NCBI GenBank assembly: GCA_965261645.1
Contig: CBDHDJ010000004.1
Location: 1,263,362-1,327,361 of the forward strand
Source: Alphaproteobacteria bacterium
GTDB lineage: Bacteria > Pseudomonadota > Alphaproteobacteria > SHVV01
DNA length: 64,000 nt
Direction: 5' to 3'
A program made the position numbers and the translations under genes. Shown piece by piece: positions 33,447 through 42,674 of the stretch. Below the pieces are notes generated by a model, which was given only the letters and a program-made list of their open reading frames with translations, was not told where the DNA came from and did not search any database. The first letter of the stretch is position 1; each line of letters starts with the position of its first letter.

Positions 33447-33657
33447 CTAACACTATACCGGCATGCGCAATTGTTTCATCACGATGGCCAAGCACGACCT
33501 GTTGCTGCCGCGGAGCTTGCCCAGGTGGCTAGTCATACACGCCTGGTCCAGCGAAATCACCGACGGGTACGCCGCCGAGTGGACCTTGGGGCAACTCCGT
33601 GAACCTGCGCGGCGAATCGAGGCGTTGATGAACGATAGCGAGTCGGCTACGGCCTGA
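33447..33657 (+). pseudogene. degenerate 3' fragment of a second integrase gene
   Basis: Encodes NCFITMAKHDLLLPRSL...GYAAEWTLGQLREP. This matches the C-terminus of the intact int at about 80% nucleotide identity with the interior missing. Confidence 0.65.
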
Positions 33658-33722
33658 GACAACGCCCCAGTCGCTCGTGAGTCGGACCCGATTTCCTTGG
33701 ACACAGAATTGGCTTAATCGAA

Positions 33723-34154
33723 GTGTCCAAGGAGGACCGGAACATGACCGATAATTTTGATAAGAAAGTTGCTGTTGATGGGCCTGTGGTAAATGCGGGC
33801 GAGCTTGGCTCGTCCCCGTTTTCCCCAGGCCAGGCTTTGCCGGCAGGCCCGCTGGGACTTGGCCAGCGATGGACGGTGGCGCGCAAGCGTGAGGTCGTTC
33901 TGCGGCTTTTGCGTGACGAGCCGGTGCAACTTCTGTCGCGCCAGTTGGGCGTAGAGATCTTCCGGCTCGAGCAGTGGCGTGAGAAAGCGACCGGCGGGAT
34001 CGACGCCTCGCTCAAGCAACGCAAGGGCGATCCGGTGCAGGCGGAACTGGATAGCGCCATGAAGCGGATCGGAGAGTTGACCATGCAGGTGGAACTGCTG
34101 GAGGCCAAGACGGAGACCTTCGGCCCTTTGGGGCGGCGGAGGTCGCGGCGATGA
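33723..34154 (+). CDS. IS3-family transposase OrfA (HTH / leucine zipper)
   Basis: Typical OrfA HTH (REVVLRLLRDEPVQLLSRQLGV) with a coiled-coil tail. Confidence 0.8.
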   Translation: MSKEDRNMTDNFDKKVAVDGPVVNAGELGSSPFSPGQALPAGPLGLGQRWTVARKREVVLRLLRDEPVQLLSRQLGVEIFRLEQWREKATGGIDASLKQRKGDPVQAELDSAMKRIGELTMQVELLEAKTETFGPLGRRRSRR

Positions 34155-34522
34155 GTGCCGCCACCTCGCCCGGCACGGGTCTGGCCTACGGCCTGCGGCG
34201 GGTCTGCGCCGCCTGGGGCATGGCCCGCTCCTCGTTCTACGCCATGACCTCCGGCCAGCACGCTGAGCAGCCGCCGGCAAAGCGTCGGGGACCGAAGCCC
34301 GCGATCTCGGACCAGGCGCTGCTGGTGGCGATCGAAGCCGACCTGGAGGCATCGCCCTGGGAGGGCGAGGGCTACCGCAAGGTCTGGGCTCGGCTTCGGG
34401 TCTGTCGCGACATCCGGGTTGCCCGCAAGCGGGTGCTCCGCCTGATGCGCGAGAACAATCTGCTCTCGCCCCATCGCTGCCGCCGCCGTGGCGGCAATCC
34501 CCATGACGGTGAGATCATCACT
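34151..34522 (+). pseudogene. IS3 orfB 5' portion, interrupted
   Basis: HTH_21-like N-terminus that reads up to HDGEIIT and then runs into the IS110 insertion. Confidence 0.6.
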
Positions 34523-36166
34523 TCCGTAATGGGGCGTTCGCCGTCAAGCACCTTTTTCCCACGAGCGATCACCGCGACACGATCCTTCGTTCGCGAAGCC
34601 TCGGCGCCTGCGGCAAGTTGTATCCTCTCAGGCGTGGTTCAGGAGTTCCCGGGGCCATCACGGCTCCGGCTCAGGGTTGGGCTATTGCAACACCCCTCTG
34701 GTCTTGAGAAGGAACCACGATCCGGATGTGTCCGTCGCCAGGCTCTCGCTTCCGTCCGTGGTCAGCGCAATGGCTGCCAACTTCATGCCTGGTCCAAAAC
34801 GATTCCCGAGTGCCAATCTCAGGCGCGTGCTCGAACGCGATAGAACGGTTCGGCCAACAAGCGATGATACGCGCATCATCGGGAACCGCGTCCCGGCGAG
34901 GGGACACCGGTGGATCGCCCACCTTCAAGCGCGGCTCCTTCCTCCTCTCCTTGCTAACTGCCGATGGGATACAGCCCCGCCTAAGCCGTCTGAAGCGCCA
35001 TCGCCTCTTCGCGCGTGAACCGGAACTCGGTGCCATCCCGCCACATCCGGTGCAACACCACGCCGATGCGCCGGGCCAGGGCGACCGTCGCGCGCTTCTT
35101 GCCCCGGAGCTTCGTCAGACGCTGCGCCCAGGCCTTCAGCCAATTCGGCCCCGTGTGGTTCAGCATCACCGTGGCGGCCTGATAGAGCGCTGCGCGTAGA
35201 CCTGCATCGCCAGCCTTGGTGATCCGGCCGACAATATCCCGTTCGCCGGATTGATCCCGTCCCGGCGTCAGCCCCACCCATGGGCCGACATCCTTCGATC
35301 TCCGGAACCGCTCCGGATCGTCAATCGCGGACGTGAAGGTCAGAGCTATGACATGGCCGACCCCCGGCATGGTCATCAGCAGCCGGCACGCCCGGTCCTG
35401 CCTGGCCAGATTACGGACCAGCTTCTCCAGGCCGGCCAGCTCGCGGCGCAGGTCCGCCCGCGCGCGCAGGATCGGTTCGGCCGCGGCTTCCAGCATCGCG
35501 TTGCCAGCGATCAATTCCCGGACACGGGCCTCGTAGCGACCCTTCGAGATCCGACCGAGCTTCAGGCCGAAGTTGCGCAAGATGCCGCGCAGCGACAGCT
35601 CCATATTGATGAGCGCGTCCTGCACGGACTTGCGCGAGGTCAGCAGCGCTCGCATCTCCTGCGACGACACCGATTTGCAGTGTACCGGCCGGAACCAGCC
35701 CATCTGCAGCAGCCGTGCGATGCCTTCGGCATCCCGGCGATCCGTCTTGATCGGCATCGCCTTCAGCGCACCCTTTAACTGCCGGGTCTCCATCAGCACG
35801 GTTTCGAAGCCGGCGTCAGTCAGCCCCTTGTGCAACCAGTTGGACAGGGGACCGGCTTCGAGGCCGATCGCGGCGATCCCGTGCGGCAGCTCGCGCATGA
35901 ACGCAACCAGCGATTCAGGTGCGCTGGCGACCCGCGCCTCCGTCACGATCTTGCCCTTATCGCCGAGAACGCAGATTGCCGTGCTTGCCAGCGATACATC
36001 CAGCCCGATATAGACATCCATGTCGTTGCCCTTTCCTTTCGAGGAATTGGGGCGCGCCTTTCGGCAAGACCCCGTGAACACGCCGCGCGTCTAAGGGCAA
36101 CGACACCAGAATCTCCGTCATCGCTACAAGCTCCGACGGTGCCGGATAACACCGAGCCCCATTACG
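34523..36166 (-). mobile_element. IS110-family element inserted within IS3 orfB
   Basis: Boundaries were inferred from where the IS3 OrfB reading frame breaks (EIIT) and resumes (ASHAPNLMWGTDG). No terminal inverted repeats, as expected for IS110. Confidence 0.55.
34981..36021 (-). CDS. IS110-family transposase
   Basis: DEDD N-terminal RuvC-like domain (MDVYIGLDVS) and a C-terminal Transposase_20 region (GVGHVIALTFTSAID). Confidence 0.85.
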   Translation of the reverse strand: MDVYIGLDVSLASTAICVLGDKGKIVTEARVASAPESLVAFMRELPHGIAAIGLEAGPLSNWLHKGLTDAGFETVLMETRQLKGALKAMPIKTDRRDAEGIARLLQMGWFRPVHCKSVSSQEMRALLTSRKSVQDALINMELSLRGILRNFGLKLGRISKGRYEARVRELIAGNAMLEAAAEPILRARADLRRELAGLEKLVRNLARQDRACRLLMTMPGVGHVIALTFTSAIDDPERFRRSKDVGPWVGLTPGRDQSGERDIVGRITKAGDAGLRAALYQAATVMLNHTGPNWLKAWAQRLTKLRGKKRATVALARRIGVVLHRMWRDGTEFRFTREEAMALQTA

Positions 36167-36706
36167 GCATCTCATGCCCCGAACCTCATGTGGGGCACCG
36201 ATGGCGTTCGGGTGTTCACGGTGGACGACGGCTGGGGCTGGATCTTCACCGCCGTCGAGCATTGGAACGCCGAGTGTGTCGGCTGGCATGTCTGCAAGCG
36301 CGGCGACCGCTTCGCCGCCCTGCAGCCGATCTCCATGGGGCTTGCCGGGCTGTATGGCTCGACCGCGGCCGGCGCGGCTCGGGGGCTGGCCTTGCGGATG
36401 GATCACGGCTCCCAGTATCTGTCGGACCACTTCACCAACCAGATCAAGTTCTGGGGCATCCAGCCGTCCTACGCCTTCCTCGCCGAGCCCCAGACCAACG
36501 GCGTCGCCGAGCGGTTCAATCGCACGCTGAAGGAACAGATCATCCATGGTCGCATCTACCGCAACATCGCGGAGCTGCGGGACGCCGTCCGCGACTTCGT
36601 CGAACTCTACAATGCCCAGTGGATCGTCGAAAAGAACGGCTACATGAGCCCCGCTCAAGCTCGTCAGGCGTGGCACGCCGCGATCTCAATCAGGCCCGCC
36701 GCGTGA
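36167..36706 (+). pseudogene. IS3 orfB 3' portion (rve integrase core)
   Basis: DDE core WGTDGVRVFTVDDGW ... DHGSQY ... AERFNRTLK. It continues the frame of the 5' portion. Confidence 0.7.
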
Positions 36707-36754
36707 GACAAACTTGTGTCCAAGGAACCGGGTGCGCTACAAAATTGCGTAAAG

Positions 36755-36799
36755 CAACCATCGACAATTTACCGAGATTCCGGAGTGAATCCAGCTAAC
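36755..36799 (+). repeat. about 35-45 bp imperfect direct repeat, copy 1, upstream of the M23 peptidase gene
   Basis: CAACCATCGACAATTTACCGAGATTCCGGAGT has about 27/33 identity to copy 2 at 38237-38280. Confidence 0.45.
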
Positions 36800-36866
36800 T
36801 TGACAAAGCCGTCGTGCGCTACACTCGGCAACCCGCACGGATTTACGAGAGAACACCGCAAAACCA

Positions 36867-38225
36867 ATGCCACCACCACTCGTTGATCGCAAGTACTGGC
36901 TTGCCGCCGCCTTTCTCGTCGCGCTCGGCACGGCGGCGCTCGCTGGCTATTACGGCCTGCGCACCCCGGCGACGCCGAAAGCGATCAACAATTTTGAGCC
37001 TCCGCACAACCCAACAGCCGAAGTCCACCACTTGGCGGGCCCGGAAGGCGAGCATAAACCGGTGCCGGTCATGCCGGTCACCCGCATTGTCGTGGCCGAG
37101 CGCGGTGACAATTTGATGGGTGTGCTGGTAGGCGCCGGCATAGAGCGGCGTAACGCGCACGCGGCGATTATGTCGCTGAAGGGTGTCTACAACCCGCGCC
37201 GCGACCTCCATATCGGCGATCGGATCGAACTGACGTTTGCCGCGGATGAGGCAGGATCTGCTGGGCCAGTGGCGGACGCATTTCCACCGCTTGCGCTTAC
37301 CATGCTCCGCCTGCCGCTGGCCTGGGACCGCGATGTCGAAGCACGCCGCAACGGCGACGACGGTAACTTCCACGCGACCGAGCGCATTAGGCCACTGAAG
37401 CGCCGGCTGGCGCGAGCTGACGGGACTATCACGGCAAGTTTATTTGTCGACGGCACTGCCGCCGGCATCCCGCCGCGAGTATTGGCCGAGCTGATCTGGC
37501 ACTACAGTTTCGACGTTGATTTACAGCGCGAACTCCGGGTCGGCGATGAGTTTGCCGTGATGTACGAGCGCTTCGTCGATCCTACTGATGCCGTGGTGCA
37601 CAACGGCGCGATCGAGTACGCCCGCCTCGTGCTGCGCGGCAAGGCGCTGCCGCTTTACCGCTACCGGACAACCGCCGGCACACTCGGCTGGTTCAACGCG
37701 ATGGGGGCGAGCATCAGGAAGAGGGTGATGAAGATGCCGATTGACGTCGCGCGGCTGTCATCGCGCTTTGGCAACCGCGTGCACCCGATCCTCGGCTTCA
37801 CCCGATTGCATACCGGTGTTGATTTTGCGGCACCGCGAGGGACACCGGTTTACGCCGCAGGCGATGGCCGTATTGTAGCGCTCGGCCGTAAGGGGGACTA
37901 CGGTAACTATATCCTCATCCACCACAATAGCATCTACCAAACCGCCTACGGCCATCTCAAGGGCTATGCCCACGGGCTCAAGCGTGGTAGCCGCGTCCGC
38001 CAGGGTCAGGTGATCGGCTATGTTGGCTCCACCGGGCTCTCGACCGGACCGCACCTGCACTACGAGATCCATCGGAATGGGCGCCCGATCAATCCGCTTC
38101 GCCTCAAGCTGCCATCCCGCGAACAGCTCACGGACACAGAGTTAGTGCGCTTTCAAGCCCACCGCATGGAGCTCGAACGCCAGTACCACACACTCGCTGC
38201 TTCGGCCCACTTTGCCGCCAAGTGA
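36867..38225 (+). CDS. OapA/LysM-like plus M23 family metallopeptidase (MepM/YebA-like murein endopeptidase)
   Basis: N-terminal transmembrane helix, an OapA-like region, and a C-terminal M23 domain with HTGVDFAAPRGTP ... HLHYEI zinc ligands. Confidence 0.8.
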   Translation: MPPPLVDRKYWLAAAFLVALGTAALAGYYGLRTPATPKAINNFEPPHNPTAEVHHLAGPEGEHKPVPVMPVTRIVVAERGDNLMGVLVGAGIERRNAHAAIMSLKGVYNPRRDLHIGDRIELTFAADEAGSAGPVADAFPPLALTMLRLPLAWDRDVEARRNGDDGNFHATERIRPLKRRLARADGTITASLFVDGTAAGIPPRVLAELIWHYSFDVDLQRELRVGDEFAVMYERFVDPTDAVVHNGAIEYARLVLRGKALPLYRYRTTAGTLGWFNAMGASIRKRVMKMPIDVARLSSRFGNRVHPILGFTRLHTGVDFAAPRGTPVYAAGDGRIVALGRKGDYGNYILIHHNSIYQTAYGHLKGYAHGLKRGSRVRQGQVIGYVGSTGLSTGPHLHYEIHRNGRPINPLRLKLPSREQLTDTELVRFQAHRMELERQYHTLAASAHFAAK

Positions 38226-38236
38226 ATGGCTTATGG

Positions 38237-38280
38237 CAGCCATCGACCATTTACCGAATTTTCGGAGTTAACCGGTTAAC
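38237..38280 (+). repeat. direct repeat copy 2, abutting the IS5 left inverted repeat
   Basis: CAGCCATCGACCATTTACCGAATTTTCGGAGTT. See copy 1. Confidence 0.45.
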
Positions 38281-39369
38281 GGCTTTGGTGCATGGACCTG
38301 AGGATTAGTATATCTGGCTCCGCTTCCGTCTTTGAGAGTTTGTCATGCCCTTCAAGTTCCACGCATCGCGTCGCCACCATATCCCCAGAGCCAAGTACCG
38401 GGTCATGAACTGGCCGGATTATGACCGTGGTTTGGTTCGGCGCGGCGACATTCGTTTCTGGATTGATGAGAGCGCCCTGGAGCAATGGGACGCAGCCAAG
38501 CGGCGAACTCCTGGTGGCCAGCGGCGGTTTTCAGAGTTGGCGATTTCCACGACACTGATGCTGGGGGTGGTCTTCAGACTGCCGCTGCGCCAGACGGAAG
38601 GCTTTGTGCGTTCCCTCGTGGACTTGATGGGGTGCGATCTGCCGGTGCCGGATCACACCACGCTGTCGCGGCGGCGGCGAACGGTGGATGTCGTTGTGGA
38701 AACCAGCACGAACAAGCGGTCTACGGATATCGTGCTGGATTCCACGGGCCTGAAATTCTTTGGCGCTGGCGAGTGGGCTCGCGCCAAGCACGGTGAAACG
38801 CGGCGCTCGTGGCGCAAGCTGCATATCTCGGTTGACCCGGCCAGCAGCGAGATCCGGACGCATGAACTGACCGGTGACGACACGGCCGATGCGACGATGG
38901 CGGGACCGCTGGTCGCCGGTTCCAGTGGGGTGATCCGGCGCGTGTTTGCCGACGGCGCCTATGACGGGGAGCCCGTGACAAAAGCGATCCGAGAAGCTCG
39001 GCCACCGAATTCACCACCTGAAATCATCATCCCGCCACGCGCCACATCCATTCCTCCCCCGGACACGCCTCATGGCGGATCGGAACGGGAGCACCATGCG
39101 GCGGAGATCGCCTCGAAGGGAAGGATGAACTGGCAGAAACGACAGGGCTACGGATTGAGAGCGCTTGGCGAAACAGCCATGGCTCGCGTCAAGAGGCTCA
39201 ACGGCGGCAAGCTCACCGCTCGCACATTCCAATCCCAACAAACCGAAATCGCCATGCAGATCGACGCACTCAATCGCTCTATCCGTGCGGCGAAACCAAA
39301 CACAATCAGGATCCGCTAACCAACCGGGGAATGGGCGATCACACCACCGCGGCTCCATGCACCAAAGCC
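38281..39369 (+). mobile_element. IS5-family insertion sequence (1089 bp)
   Basis: Perfect 16-bp terminal inverted repeats GGCTTTGGTGCATGGA / TCCATGCACCAAAGCC. No obvious target-site duplication. Confidence 0.8.
38345..39319 (+). CDS. IS5-family DDE transposase
   Basis: 324 aa, DDE_Tnp_1-like (VLDSTGLKFFGAGEW ... VFADGAYDG). Confidence 0.85.
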   Translation: MPFKFHASRRHHIPRAKYRVMNWPDYDRGLVRRGDIRFWIDESALEQWDAAKRRTPGGQRRFSELAISTTLMLGVVFRLPLRQTEGFVRSLVDLMGCDLPVPDHTTLSRRRRTVDVVVETSTNKRSTDIVLDSTGLKFFGAGEWARAKHGETRRSWRKLHISVDPASSEIRTHELTGDDTADATMAGPLVAGSSGVIRRVFADGAYDGEPVTKAIREARPPNSPPEIIIPPRATSIPPPDTPHGGSEREHHAAEIASKGRMNWQKRQGYGLRALGETAMARVKRLNGGKLTARTFQSQQTEIAMQIDALNRSIRAAKPNTIRIR

Positions 39370-39652
39370 TGTCGTAGGCAAAGAACGTCAGCACGAAGTT
39401 CATCCACGCTCCCAAAAGGGGTGCCAGAAACCACCACGGCATCGGTAATTTCAGCACGGGGTCCCACGTGTAGACGCCGAACACGCCGATGATCGCGCCC
39501 AGCGTCGTGTACCAGAGCAATATTCCCCAGCGCAGCAGGCTTTCATCGCCGACCGGATAGACCGTGAGGTAGATAAACCCCGCAAGGCCGAACAGGGCGC
39601 CGAGCGTTTTGCCGACGGCGATGCGGGTGTTCAAAGAGGGATTGCCGAACAT
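39370..39652 (-). pseudogene. membrane-protein gene, 3'-truncated by the IS5 insertion
   Basis: 94 codons of a multi-transmembrane protein (MFGNPSLNTRIAVGKTLGALFGLAGFIYL...) run directly into the IS5 right inverted repeat. Confidence 0.4.
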
Positions 39653-39820
39653 TTGAACCTCCAGGGTTATTGGAGTTGCCGGTCAGGCCGGAGTATCCGC
39701 AATCGGCCGCAATCGATTGACCTAAATCGACTTGATGTTGCGTTCGGTGCAAGAGGCGATGGCCGGCGGTGTGGGCTACGGGAGGCAATAGCCCACACCT
39801 GGAGGGCCAGCGCATGCCGC

Positions 39821-40306
39821 CTAATTGGCGTTGTTACGCTTTTGCTGCCCCCGGCGGTGGTGCCATCGGTCACTCATCGACAGCCCGCCGTCGTCGTTGC
39901 GGTCCAGCCGCTCGACGATGTTGGCCAACGGCCTGTCGTACTCCGCGCGCGAGATAACAGCGTTGCCGTCCGTATCCAGCATTTGGAAGGCACGCACGGT
40001 CAGCGGACGCGTGGTTTCATGCCAGACGCCGGCGAATTCATTGAGGCTGAGGTTGCCGTCGCTGTCGCCATCGTGGGCCGCATGACGGTCGTTGCGCACC
40101 TTGTCGATCTCCGCTTGGCTGAGCTTGCCGTCACCGTCGGTGTCGATGGACTCGATTATTTCCATCGCCATGAGGCCGAACTGTCCTTTGGCGAAGAAAC
40201 CCATGCCGCCATGACCGCGTTCCGCGTAGCTCGCGCCCGCGAGTGCGATACCGCCGATAGCCGCGGCGATGCCTATTCCGATCAGCGCCTTCGTTCTCGT
40301 TCTCAT
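39821..40306 (-). CDS. secreted EF-hand calcium-binding protein
   Basis: Signal peptide MRTRTKALIGIGIAAAIGGIALAGASYA, then four DxDxDG loops (DTDGDGKLS, DGDSDGNLS, DTDGNAVIS, DRNDDGGLS). Confidence 0.7.
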   Translation of the reverse strand: MRTRTKALIGIGIAAAIGGIALAGASYAERGHGGMGFFAKGQFGLMAMEIIESIDTDGDGKLSQAEIDKVRNDRHAAHDGDSDGNLSLNEFAGVWHETTRPLTVRAFQMLDTDGNAVISRAEYDRPLANIVERLDRNDDGGLSMSDRWHHRRGQQKRNNAN

Positions 40307-40670
40307 GGATATGCTCCTGCGTCGAATGTCTATGACCCAAATATAGGCAGCGTTTGCCGCAAAACTATGTGCATCCGCGCACTTTGTGTTGCGCGAGTTG
40401 GACGATCGGGGAACTGGCAAACTTTGTTACGCTCTTTGCCTGCGTTTGAGCGAGGCTCTCGTTAGCCGTTGGCTACTGAAGCGTCACCGTCGTTCCCGTG
40501 GCCGATGGCCGATGATCACCGGGATATCCGCGAGCCCTTGGCGCGCTACCTGAAGAAGCATGACGAGCTGCGCGTCACCATGGCGGACAGCAGCGCGTTC
40601 GCGCGGCGGATAGATGCAGCGCAACGATGGGTTTCTGCCCGCCGCAGTTTCAATCCCGGAACGGTTCTCC

Positions 40671-41990
40671 TCATTGTGGCGGAATGCCGGATTTAGCGGC
40701 TTCGGCGTGCGGCGTGACCGGTCCAGTGTTCGCCGCCGCCAGGTCCCGCCAGCGGGTGGTGTACCGCGGGGACAGGTGCTCCTGGCGCATCCGCCACTCC
40801 GCAGTGCTGGCCGCGAGACCGAGGCCGATCGAGCCCCGCCCGAACCGCCCGTTGATCCGATCCATCGCCTGCATCAAGCGGCCGTTCTCCAACGGTCTGT
40901 CCTGGAACAGCGATCCAACCGCATCAGCGGCCGGCGACAGGTCAAGGAGCATCACGCCGGCCTTGCGGTAGGCAAAGCCCTCGCGCCAAAGGCGCTCGAG
41001 GATTCGCAACGCCGCCGCGACGATAACGCGGTTGTCGGCGGTTGGCGCCGGGAACGCTGCCGATGCGGCGGTCGTGTATTGTGGGGCGGCGGTATCGAAC
41101 CTGTCGGTCGCGATGGACACCTGCAGATTGCCGCAGACTTGATCGGCCTGACGGATCTTCTCCGCCGTCCTTTCCGCGAAGGATACGATGGCGTCGCGAA
41201 CCTGCTCCCTATCGCTAATGGCCCGGCTGAAGCTTCGCGAACAGCAGGTGGTCTGTTTGGCGGCGGGCTGTGTCTCCAATTCATGACAGGCGATGCCGCG
41301 CAGCTCGTGCACCGTCCTGAGCCCAGTCACTCCCATGCGCTGGCGCACCCAGCCATCGGGCGCATCGCGCAGGTCCAGCGCGGTCCCGATACCGCGCCCG
41401 GCCAGCATCCTCGACCAGCGGCCGCCGATGCCCCAGACATTGCCCGCGGCCGTCCTGGAGAGCGCCGGGCCGACCCAGGCGGGGTTGCCCGACAGGTCAA
41501 GAACCCCTCCCGTCCGTGGCGCGCTTTTCGCGATCCTGTTGGCGATCTTGGCCAGGGTCTTGGTCGGGCCGATCCCGATCGATACCGGGATGCCGGTCCA
41601 GCGGCGGACCCGGGTGCGAAGATTGCGGCACCACCGGGTCAGGTCGGGAACCGCCAGGCGGTCGAGATCGAGGAAGCTCTCGTCGATACTGTAGACCTCG
41701 ATGCGCGGCGCTTCGGCGGCCAGAATGCTCATCACCCGTTCCGACAGGTCGCCATAGAGCGCGTAGTTCGAGGACAGCACCGTGACATCGTGGCGTTCGA
41801 CGAGGCGCTTCGCCTGGAACAGCGGGACGCCCATGGCGATGCCGAGTGCCTTGGCCTCCTGGGAGCGGGCGACGATGCAACCATCGTTGTTGGACAGCAC
41901 GACGATGGGGCGGCCGGCGAGCGAAGGTTGGAACACCCGCTCGCACGAGGCATAGAAGTTGTTGCAATCGACCAGGCCGATCGTCGTCAT
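40671..41990 (-). CDS. umuC: Y-family translesion DNA polymerase V catalytic subunit
   Basis: N-terminal IMS domain [17 protein letters not shown] ... SIDESFLDL. Sits downstream of umuD. Confidence 0.85.
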   Translation of the reverse strand: MTTIGLVDCNNFYASCERVFQPSLAGRPIVVLSNNDGCIVARSQEAKALGIAMGVPLFQAKRLVERHDVTVLSSNYALYGDLSERVMSILAAEAPRIEVYSIDESFLDLDRLAVPDLTRWCRNLRTRVRRWTGIPVSIGIGPTKTLAKIANRIAKSAPRTGGVLDLSGNPAWVGPALSRTAAGNVWGIGGRWSRMLAGRGIGTALDLRDAPDGWVRQRMGVTGLRTVHELRGIACHELETQPAAKQTTCCSRSFSRAISDREQVRDAIVSFAERTAEKIRQADQVCGNLQVSIATDRFDTAAPQYTTAASAAFPAPTADNRVIVAAALRILERLWREGFAYRKAGVMLLDLSPAADAVGSLFQDRPLENGRLMQAMDRINGRFGRGSIGLGLAASTAEWRMRQEHLSPRYTTRWRDLAAANTGPVTPHAEAAKSGIPPQ

Positions 41991-41994
41991 GGAC

Positions 41995-42444
41995 CTAACG
42001 CGCGCAGTGCCGGCGGATGCTGTGGGTAACGACACCCCAGGCCTCGCAACCGGCATCGTCGAGGGCGATATCGGGAAAAGCCGGATTCTCGGCGTAGAGG
42101 ATCAGGGCGCCATTGCTCTTTCTCAGGCGTTTGACCGTCAGTTCGCCATGCAGGACGGCGATGACGATATCGTCGGCCTGGGGCGCGATGGCGCGGTCGA
42201 CAACGAGAAGGTCGCCGTCGAAAATTCCGGCATCGCGCATGGATTCGCCCTGCGCGCGGATGAAAAAGGTCGCGGCCGGGCGGCGGATCAGATGCAGATT
42301 GAGATCAAGCTTGCCCTCGATATGGTCGTCGGCGGGGCTTGGAAAACCGGCGGGTACCCTGGAGCCGTAAAGTGGCAGGGCGAGTTCGGTGGGCTGATCG
42401 GTGAAACGATGCAAGGAGGCGGCCCTCAGTGTTGACACGAACAT
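41995..42444 (-). CDS. umuD: LexA-like S24 peptidase, pol V accessory subunit
   Basis: GFPSPADD ... cleavage-site region and Ser/Lys dyad (GESMRDAG ... TVKRL). The exact start is uncertain: the LexA box overlaps the Met at 42444. Confidence 0.8.
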   Translation of the reverse strand: MFVSTLRAASLHRFTDQPTELALPLYGSRVPAGFPSPADDHIEGKLDLNLHLIRRPAATFFIRAQGESMRDAGIFDGDLLVVDRAIAPQADDIVIAVLHGELTVKRLRKSNGALILYAENPAFPDIALDDAGCEAWGVVTHSIRRHCAR

Positions 42445-42453
42445 AACATGAAC
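42439..42453 (-). promoter_or_regulatory. alphaproteobacterial-type LexA (SOS) box
   Basis: GAACATAACATGAAC, a perfect GAAC-N7-GAAC direct-repeat operator, positioned at the umuD start. Confidence 0.6.
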
Positions 42454-42674
42454 AAACAACACTGGTTGTCAAGATCGTGCGGCGTGTTGAGTGCTGTCCC
42501 GATCCGAACATTCCTTCCGCCAGGGACCCATCGGCCGTTTGCCGTTCGCTCGAGAGCCTCCAGATTAGAGTCTGGCACTCAAAATGACGTCTCTCGCCGC
42601 GTTCGATGCCGTGAGGACGCGCCATTGCCCATGAGGTCGAGGAGAGAGGGCGCCGGTCCAGCCAACCGCGCGGC

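Larger units (their letters stand above)
33678..36741 (+). mobile_element. IS3-family element, disrupted by a nested IS110 insertion
   Basis: About 28-bp imperfect terminal inverted repeats (TGAGTCGGACCCGATTTCCTTGGACACA ... TGTGTCCAAGGAACCGGGTGCGCTACA) enclose orfA and a split orfB. Confidence 0.7.

Noticed and set aside
40469-40696. 75-aa plus-strand ORF between the EF-hand gene and umuC
   Set aside because: It overlaps the umuC 3' end, shows no motif or RBS, and is likely spurious.
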